Part shown: positions 51,080-61,082 of the stretch, piece by piece
How positions within the stretch are numbered: position 1 is the stretch's first letter
Layout of the letters: every line of letters starts with the position of its first letter
Source: Adineta vaga
Lineage: Eukaryota; Animalia; Rotifera
Assembly (NCBI GenBank): GCA_021613535.1
Contig: CP075492.1
Location: 3,286,001 to 3,350,000, forward strand
Direction of reading: 5' to 3'
DNA: 64,000 nt
Position numbers and translations under genes: made by a program
Notes under the pieces: model-generated
What the model was told of the DNA's origin: nothing
Seen by the model: only the letters and a program-made list of their open reading frames with translations
Databases searched by the model: none

Positions 51080-51459
51080 TTTTTACTAATCTTTCTTTCT
51101 TTTTCTGCTTCCTCTTGTACGGATTATTCTATAGTCTACTGTGGGAACGACTTTTTGCGATTCCCATTTCCCATTCCCATAGTGGCCAAAAATACTTCGA
51201 AAGCTCCACTCATTCAAAAAAGAACGTGTTGTTAGCGTATATGTCGTAGTACAGATCAGAGTCTAGTGATTAGTGTCTGAAGCATACCCACACCCACCCG
51301 CCCATCGGATCTCTGTCGAAAATTCTTGTTTTTCTTTTCATAATTGTATAAGAGAAAAAAAGTGTCACATGTATATTGAATATGCGTACTTTCTATAGTC
51401 ATGAATCGCATACAGAAAATTTGTAGCAATAAGACTAATTATCAATAAAGCAAAAGCTG

Positions 51460-54193
51460 CTATTTTAATCTCTTTTCGACAATTTCAATCTTTTTTCGTA
51501 AATTTTGTAGATCAGGATGCGACAATGATAAGGAATTCTCCCAAATTTTCAGAGCACGTTGATAAAATACAAGTGCATTGGAATAATCTTTGATGGCGTC
51601 ATAAATTGACCCAATATCATCGTAAGAAATAGCTAAACCGGGATGTGTTGAAGATAAAGTTTTTTGTCGCATCTCCAGTGCTTTTCCCATAAAATCAAAT
51701 GCTTTTTTGTATTCTTTCATTTGATAATAGACTCTTCCAATGTTGTTATATGGTGTTGCTGAATTCGGATGATTTGAAAGAGAACTTTTCTCATCGATTT
51801 CTATGGATTTTTCAAATAATGATAATGCTTTCGAATAGTCTTTCATTCGATAATGTGGGTTACCGAGATTATTAAAAGCCCCAGCTGATAATGGATGATT
51901 GGAAGGTAAAATCTTTTCTCGAATATCTAATACTTTCTCGAGAAAGAAAAGCCCTTTCGAATATTCTTTTAAGTCTACATAAACTAAACCAATGAGATTG
52001 TACGAAGTTGCTAAGTCCGATTGTATAGGAGAGAAATGTTTCTCATGAATATCAATTGATTCTTTCAAATATGAAAGTGCTTTTGTATATTCTCCAAGGT
52101 TGTGATATGCTCCACCAATATTAATGTAAGATGTAGCCAGTAGTGGATGATAAGGAGAAAGAATTTTTTTCCAAATTCGAGATGCTTTTTCTAAATATGA
52201 AAGTGAATTGAAATATTCTCCCATTCTATCATATAATAAACCAACATTGTTATAGGATATTGCTAATGAATGATGATTTGTAGGAACAATTGTCTCTCGA
52301 ATTGTAATGGCTTTTTGATAAAGTTCCAAAGCTGATGAGTAGTTTCCCATCTGATAATACATTGAAGCAATGTTATGATAAGATTGAGCGAATGAAGGAT
52401 GATTGAATGAAAGAATTTTCTGACGAATCAGAAGATCTTTTTCATAATATAAAAGTGCTTGAGAATAATTTCCCATATTTTTATGTAATCCACCAATATT
52501 TCCATATAAGGTAGCCGACACAGAATGATTTGAGGGCAGACTTTCAGTTCCAATTTGAAGAGCTATTTAAAAAAAAGAAAGTGCTTTGCAATATTGTCCC
52601 ATTTTATTATATACTAAACCAAGATTATTTAGACAAATCGTTAGATTCGAATAATTAAGATAGAAAGTTTTATTATAAATATCCAATGCTTTTTGATAAT
52701 ACTCAATCGCATGTTCATAATGACCCTCACTATATTTAACATAACCCAGTTGATTTTGATACATTGCTTTTTGCATTTTCATTCTTTGTTTGATCTAATA
52801 GAACTAAATAAATTTCTTCTGCTTTATTAATTTGATCAATTTTAATTAATAAATGTCCTAATTGTTGCCAGCCATCTTCATTTGCTTTCCCATGATAATT
52901 GTTTTATCTGGTAATAAAAATGTAAAAAAAAAAATAAAAAAATATCTGAATTCTTTTTTCACGAAGAAATGAAACTTCATTTCTTAAATGATCAGTTAAT
53001 ATTCGAAGTTGTTGATCATCATTCGACGTCAAATGAAGATTAACTTCATAAAGTTGATTTGTCATATCAATTGATTGAATACTAACGACACGAAAGACAG
53101 TATGCATTGAAAAAAGAATTTCTTCTTCCGTATTAAATGAACTCAATTGATCAATTGATGCAAATGGAGTTGAAGATATTGAAGGATCAATAAACATTTT
53201 AAAAAGAATTCCAATTGTATGTTTATCTGTTGCAACACTTTCGGCATAACTTAATGAAATGTTTTCATTTTGACTCGTCGAAAGAAAATTATTAAATGAA
53301 ATTAATCCACCAATCGTTATTTGCAGTTTTTCATAATCATCTTTCGATAAACCTTGCCCTCTATAAACAGTAAAAGCTTCACCGTGATAATTGTTTATCT
53401 GTTGTTGATATAATTGTTTTATCTGGTAATGTAAATCATGAAGAAAAAATCCCATTTTAATAATCGTTTCACCATTTAATCCTCGAAGTGCATCATTAAG
53501 CATTGAATAAATAAATGTCGATGAAGTATACCACCAGATTGGTGTTTTATCGTAATATTCAATCTCAAATCGATTTACATTTTTTAAACTTCCAAATTTT
53601 CGATCTCGACAATAAGAAGTAAATGTCTTTAGGGATTCTTCGGTATATTCGAATTGAAAAAGAATTTCTTTGATAATTTGTGTGTACATAAAGGATGCTT
53701 CTAATTGATCTAAATTTGAATCCAATGGTTTTCTCAAAAAACTAACAGGAATCGAATTTTGATGATTAAAAGAGTTCATGGTTGACTTTAGTGATTCGCA
53801 AATATCTTTCATATTTGTTTGAATACTTTTTACCTTTGTCCATGAGTTATTTTGATATTTTTCATGAGATAATATATAAATACTATCAAGTTGAGAAATA
53901 TCATGAATTAAAGGTATTAATTGTTGATAGAGAAAGTCATCTATAATTAGAATAACTTTACGATGATTGAGATCAGTGAGAAAATCAATACATTCATCCA
54001 CTTGTTGAAATATATGAACATCATTAACAATATGTTGTAATTGATCTTGATAATTCTCACTGGATTGATCAATACGAGTATTCAAGTAAATGAGAATGAA
54101 ATCTTGTGTAGAACATGGTTTGAAATAATCAGAAGATTTCGTTCTATTTTTCAATATTTGAGACGTCGTTGCTTTCGATTTCTTTTGTCCCAT
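51460..54193 (-). pseudogene. Second ART-TPR gene, disrupted by frameshifts and an insertion
   Basis: IWWYT, VYRGQG, FLSTS, EEEILF followed by 42-aa TPRs. Breaks near 52890-52975, ~52770 and the A-run at ~52570. Confidence 0.8.
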
Positions 54194-54609
54194 TCGAGAA
54201 AGATATGACTATATAACTCGAGTTATTCTTTTATGATTAATTCTTTGTTGGATTTTTCCAACTGGGCCTGTTCTATTTTTATCAGCACATGAGAATACAT
54301 GCTATATGAAGTCTTTATTAAAATCAACATAAAATGTTATTGATATAGTTAGAAGTACGTGCCATATTCTGACAGCTGATAGAACAAAGTAGAATTAGCA
54401 TGTATAGTTCATCATATCAAATGGAATCTGTTACCTCAATAGTTAAGATAATATTAAAAGAACGATATGTTTTCTGTATATTTGATCAAAACATAAGACA
54501 ATGTTAAAAATATCGATTTAATAGAGATTAATTGTAATGGAACGACTAGTTAGCTCTAGGTTTATTTCAAAACAATGAGAAAGAAAGACATAGGATGAAA
54601 TTAATCATA

Positions 54610-57600
54610 TTAATAACGATCATATTCATCATCTCTCAAAAATAATTTCAATGTATTGTTCTTTCGTAAAGTTTTCATCACATAATTTTTCGTTACTTTT
54701 CCAATTTCGTTACGTCGCAAATCAAGTGTGGTCAGTGTCTACATGTATAATGATGAATTTAATTGAGATATAGAGAAAATAATTATGATATTTACCGTGT
54801 TATGTCGAAAGACAGCAGTTAATGCTTGTGCACCTTGATCGCCAATCACATTCGTAGCAAGATCAAGAAAAGTGAGTGTCTATTTTAATCAATCAAAACA
54901 TTACCAAAAAAAACCCACTGCATTATAACAAGAAAATTGAATTACGTTATTATTTGCAAAAGCATCAGCCAAATAATCAGCTCCATGTTGCTTAATTTTA
55001 TTATTACTAAGAATCAAAGTGGTAAGTGTCTGTGGCAAAAAAGATTCAGATAGAATATATGAGAAGAAAAACGAAGCTTAGAAATTTACCGTATTATGAC
55101 GTAAAGCATTACTCAATTCTTGAATGCCTTGATTTTTTATTTCATTCTGCTTAAGATCGAGTTTAGTAAGTGTCTACAACAAAAGAAAAATCACTGTTGA
55201 AATAAGAGAAAGAATAGTGGGGAAATATTGCCTTGTTATTTTGTAAGACATTAGCCAAATACTTGATTCCGTCATCTGCAATTGTATTATGAGAGAGAAT
55301 CAATGTAGTCAATGCCTATACGTAATAGTAGTCAGCATATATGAATAGACAAGAAATGAAATATACTTGAGTATTTTCTAAAACATTCGCTACATATTGC
55401 ATTGCTTCGTTATTAATCTTATTACGAGAGAGATTGAGCATCGTTAATGTCTATAAAAGAGAAATGATTCAGAAGAATTAACAAAGATTGAAACTCACAT
55501 TATTGTTTTGAAATGCCGTAGCTAAATGTTTCATGCCATCGACACTCAATGCATTATGTTGAAGATCGAGTGTGGCAAGAGTCTGTAGGGAAACACATCA
55601 GATATGAATACTCACATGATATGGATGGTGAAATTTACTTTATTATTTTGAAAAAAATTAATGAAATATTCGATTCCTTCAGCAGTGATTTCATTATTAC
55701 TAAGTTTGACTGCGATCAGTGTCTAAATGACAGAATATAGTGATATAGACGATGAAGAGACTTTATTTTACTTCATTGTTTTCAAGAGCTTTAGCCAAAT
55801 ATTGAATCCCTTCATTATCAATTTCGTTTTTACCTAAATCGAGTTCTGTCAATGTCTGCGTAAATGAAAGAACAATGATAAGAACAAAATAGAAAAACAA
55901 TACACAGATTTACATTGTTGTTTTTAAGAGTTTCAGCTAAATGTTGTGCTCCATCAGCGCCAATTTGATTTTCAGATAAATCGAGTGATTTCAATGTCTA
56001 ATTGAAATATAAATAGTATGACACAAGAAATAGAGACAGACAAAGATTTACAATATTCTTCTCTAAAACTTTTGCCAATTGTTCAGCTCCTTCAGGACCA
56101 ATTTTATTTTCACGAAGATTGAGTGTAATGACCGTCTATACAGAATTTCGATAATGAAAAACAAAAGTATAGTAATAAGGAATGTTTACATCATTATTTT
56201 CTAGAATCTTCGTCAAATGTTCAATTCCTCTATCGCCAATTGCATTAGAGGCAAGGTTTATCGTCGTAAGTGTCTGTAGATGAAAATCGTATGAAAATAG
56301 AAAACTATATAAACTCAAATTCACTTTATTATTTTGGAATGCATTTGCTAGATTTTCAATTCCTTTTGTACCAATCTTGTTATTTTCAAAATTTAATGTA
56401 TTGAGTGTCTATGTGTTAAATAGGTGATACGAATTCATGTAAGAAACAAAGTATATGACGTACTTTATTATTTTCAAATATATCAGCTAAATATTGAGCT
56501 CTTTCCATACCTTTCTCCTCATCTTTTAAATTAAATGTCATTAATGCCTATATGCATAAATTTAAATAGAAAACTTCGGAAAAAAACAAAAGAAAAATCG
56601 ATGACTGACTGTGTTACTTAATGAAGTATCAAGTTGTTCTTGTTGTTTATCTTGACCGGTAATTTCCGTATCTTCAAGGCTTATTGGTGTAGTTCTCTAT
56701 ACAAATATATAAAAACATAATAAAAAAAGAGAAAAATAAAGTTAACCATATCATTTTCGAAAGTTTTTTTCAAATATTGCATTTTCTCCTCTCCGATCTC
56801 ATTTCCTTTGAGACTGAGAGTAATGAGTGTCTGAAAAAAGAACCCAACTAATAGATGATCATCAAAAAGAATTCATTTTACTGTATTATCTCGAAATGCA
56901 TCTGCTAAATATTGTGCCCCTTCATCTTTTATAAGATTACCATAGAGACCAAGCTTGATGAGAGTCTTATGATAAAGAAGTATTGCAGATATTTTCGAAA
57001 AAAATCGAATATTCACTTTGTTATTTTGAAAAACTTTAGCTATTTGTTGAGCTCCAATATCACTAATGTAATTATTCTGTAGGAGGAGTGTATTGAGTGT
57101 CTATATAAAATATATGATGATGAATGTGAAATGAATTTTGAAAAGTAAAAGATATTTACATTATTATTTTCAAGAACAGATAATAAATAGTCAATACCAT
57201 CATCTTCAAGTTCATTTTGAATAAGACCGAGACTAGTGAGTGTCTGTAAATATGAACAGTAATATAATTAAGACAAACAAACAAACACAAATTTACTTGA
57301 TTATTTTCCAGAACAGAAGATAAATATTTAAGTCCATCATCACCAACCCAGTTATAAGATAGATCAAGTTCGATGAGTGTCTTCATGAGAAAATTAAAAC
57401 GTATTATTCAAATAGAATAATTTAAAATTTACAGTATTATTTTCAAGTAATTGTACGAAACATTCGACACCTTCAGGACAGAATTTATTCGTAGCCAATC
57501 GTAGTATCCTGATTGACTAAATAGAATTGTAATGATAATTACAAGCAAGATTAAGATAAGATCAAATTTACTTTATTATTACACAAAGCTTCAGTTAGAT

Positions 57601-60600
57601 ATTCGATACCTTCAGTACCATCAAGACCAATTCTATTTCTCGACAAATCAAATTCAACAAGTGTCTATCGAAAACAATTCATATACAAAATAAAATTACG
57701 ATGTACATTCAAACTCACCGTATTATTTCGAAGATAATCTGCAAGATATTTAACTCCTTCGAATCCAGTATTGACTCTGCTCAAATTAAGTGTTCTTAAA
57801 TTCTAAAGAAATCAATAAAACTATAACAGAAGAAAGAAAGAAAAAATTAATAATAACCGTATTTCTTTGAAGAACATCTATCAAATACCGAATTCCTGTA
57901 TTACGAAGTTTATTAAATCCAAGATCTAATGTAGTCAATGTCTAGAAGAAAATCTCATGAGCGAGATTAACAAATATGTCGAACAACTTACGGTCACATT
58001 TTGAAAAGCATTTGCTAACCATTGTATTCCTTGTTCTTCAATTTTATTATCAGCAAGTTTCAATATTGTCAAAGTCTATTTGATATAATCAATGAAAAGA
58101 TGATCATTTCATATTGAGAGATAAAATACTTTAGTATCTTGAAGTGCATTAGCTAAATATCGAAGTCCCTGATCTCCAATATCGTTATTATTCAAATTGA
58201 GTTCCACGAGTGTCTGAACAAAACATGAGAAATGAAATAAAACGAGAAGAAAAAAATTGGAATTTACTGTATTATTATGCAAGATATCTGTAAGATATAA
58301 AACTCCTTCGGTACGAATTTCATTTCCATCAAGTTCGAGATTGGTTAATGTCTATTGCAAAAACAATGAGAAAATGAAGTTTAGGAAAGAATTTTTACCG
58401 ATTTATTTCGTAAAGCTTTAGAAAGATATTCTGTTCCCATCACATCGATATGATTACCATTGAGATTAATTGCAGTTATGGTCTATTCGATAAATTGAGA
58501 TAAATATCAAAATATTCTAGTAAATTTACTGTATTATTTCGTAAGGCAACAGATAACAATCGAATTTCTTTGTAACCTATTTCTTTATTTTCAAGATTGA
58601 GTTTTATAAGTGTCTATAAACAAATTAGAATTAACAACATAAGAAAAAAGAAAATCTCTACCGTATGATTTTGTAATGTCTTAGTCAAATAATGAATCCA
58701 TTCTCCACCAATTTCATTCACAGCGAGATTATATGTCGTCAAACTCTATATAAAGATGATAATAAAATACTATATAAATACAAGTACAAATGTACCAATT
58801 TATTTCGTAAAGTTTGAGACAAATATCTTGCCGCATCAATTGTGATTGGATTACCTGTCATTCCTAATTCTGTTAATGTCTAGAAATAAAAGAATTCAAA
58901 ATAATAAACAAAGAAAGATTTAACAAAAAATATCTTCGCACAGTATTATATTGTAGAAAATCAGCGAGTTTATGTGCACCTTGATCAGATATTTGATTGT
59001 GTCCAAGTGTCAGTTCTTTGATTGCCTATATCATAGAGTTTAACATATGAAAGATAGTATCGAAGGAATTTTACCACGTTCATATTGTATACTAAAGCAA
59101 CAGCTAAAGATTCAGCACCACCATCACGAATTTTATTAAATCGGAGATTGATATTGTTCAATGTCTAGAAATCAGAAATAGAGAGAGAGAGAGAGAAAAG
59201 AGACAATTAGAACGTACTGTATTCTTCTGAAAAGATTCAGTTAGACTTTTAACACCGGCATTTCCTATTTGATTATTTGAAAGATCCAGTATACGAAGTG
59301 TCTATAAACTCCAATAGATAAAATGTATATATCATATAGAGAAATAATTATCTCTACCGTATTCGTTTTCAAAGCTACAGCTAGATGACTTACACCAGCA
59401 TTACCAATTTCATTTGCCGAAAGATTAAGTTGAATGATTGACTTTTGGAGAAAAAGAACAAACATGAATTTAAATCATATAGATTGTGTTCCATACTTTA
59501 TTTGTTTGTAAAGCATATGTAAGATATTGTGCACCGATAATTCCCAATCGATTGCTTGAAAGAGAGAGTGTAGTTAGTGTCTGTATAAAATGATAAATAT
59601 ACAATTGAGAAAGATAAAATAGAATTCAATTTACTGTATTAAGTCGTAGAATAGGAGCTAAAACTTGAATACCATCCGGTCCTAATTGATTGTAGCTCAG
59701 ATCCAGTTCAGTGAGTGTCTGTATTCAGAAGAATAAAAGTATAAAATAAAAGATTGAAATTATATTTACTGTGTTAAAGCCTAGAGTTTGGGCGAGACTT
59801 TTAGCTGCAATAGAACTGATTTGATTGCATGATAGATCGAGTTTAGTAAGTGTCTAGATAAATTTCAATAAATCTAAAAGAGAAGATCTGAAATAATGAT
59901 TCTTACATTGTTATTTTTTAAAGAATCAATTAGATATTGAATTCCTTCATTTCCAATTCCATTTCTTCCAATATCAAGTATTGTTATTGTCTGTAAGAAA
60001 AAAATCTTGATTATAGATTTCGAATGAAACGAAAAGAAATTTTTATTTACCTGATTCTTTTTTAAAGCATTAGCTAAATATACAATTCCATCGGATGTTA
60101 TTTCATTGTTTGAAAGTTTGAGTGTAGTTAAAATCTTTTATACAAATGAAAATCATTTCGATAAGAAGAAAAAAAAAGATTTACTGCGCCATTTTCTAAT
60201 GCATCAGCTAAATATTGAATTCCTTGACATCCAATTCTGTTCGATCCAAGATCGAGTGTAGTCAATGCCTTGGAAGAGATACAAAATAGATGATTGTTAA
60301 TGATAAGAAACTTACGGTATTAGTTCGAAGAGTATTAGCAAGATATTGAACGCCTTTATTTTCAATTTTATTCGATGCAAGATTGAGTGTATTCAACGAC
60401 TTTAAAGAAAATAAAGATTCAAATCGAAGATATGAAGAAACAAAGAAAATTACAGTGTTATTTGATATAGCCTTGTAAAGCATTAGCTAAACATTCTGCT
60501 CCATAATCTCCTATTTGATTATTTTCTAGATTAAGTATTTGAAGTGTCTAAAAACCAAGAATAACTATCGAATTTCTATCAATAGAATATTTACCATATT

Positions 60601-61082
60601 TCTCGGTATGACAAATGCAAGATGTTGAGCTCCATTATCTCCAATTTGATTACTCGAAAGATTTATATTACTCAATGTCTAAACGCGAAAATATCGAATA
60701 GAAAATATTAATAAATAAGAGATTTACTTTGTTATTTCCGCATGCGTTTGCAACATACTGAGCGCCTTGAGATTCGAGATGATTCGCTGAAAGATCAAGT
60801 ATTGTGATTGTCTAGTTTGAATAAAGAAAGTCTATAGATAAACACTACTGAATATGATTTACTCTGTTATTGAGTAGAGCATCAGCTAAATATTGAACAC
60901 CTTGATCTGATATACGATTTTTCGATAGATCAATTTTGAACAATGTCTACAAAGAATAACTACGAATGAAATATGAATAATATACAATAAAACTAACTGT
61001 ATTTTTTCGTAAAACATCAGCAAGTTGTTGAGCCCCTTTATCAGTAATTTTATTTTTTGTTAATTCAAGTATTTTTCCAGTC
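54610..61082 (-). repeat. Tandem array of ~84-nt exon + ~53-nt intron units encoding RNI/NLR-type 28-aa LRRs
   Basis: Period about 137 nt. On the + strand most units show ...GTCTA/GTCTG (acceptor) and TTAC/CTAC (donor). Confidence 0.92.

Noticed and set aside
54610-61082. Regular ~137-nt periodicity as a CRISPR-like array
   Set aside because: The units are exon-intron pairs with splice signals encoding LRRs. There are no identical repeats and no cas genes.
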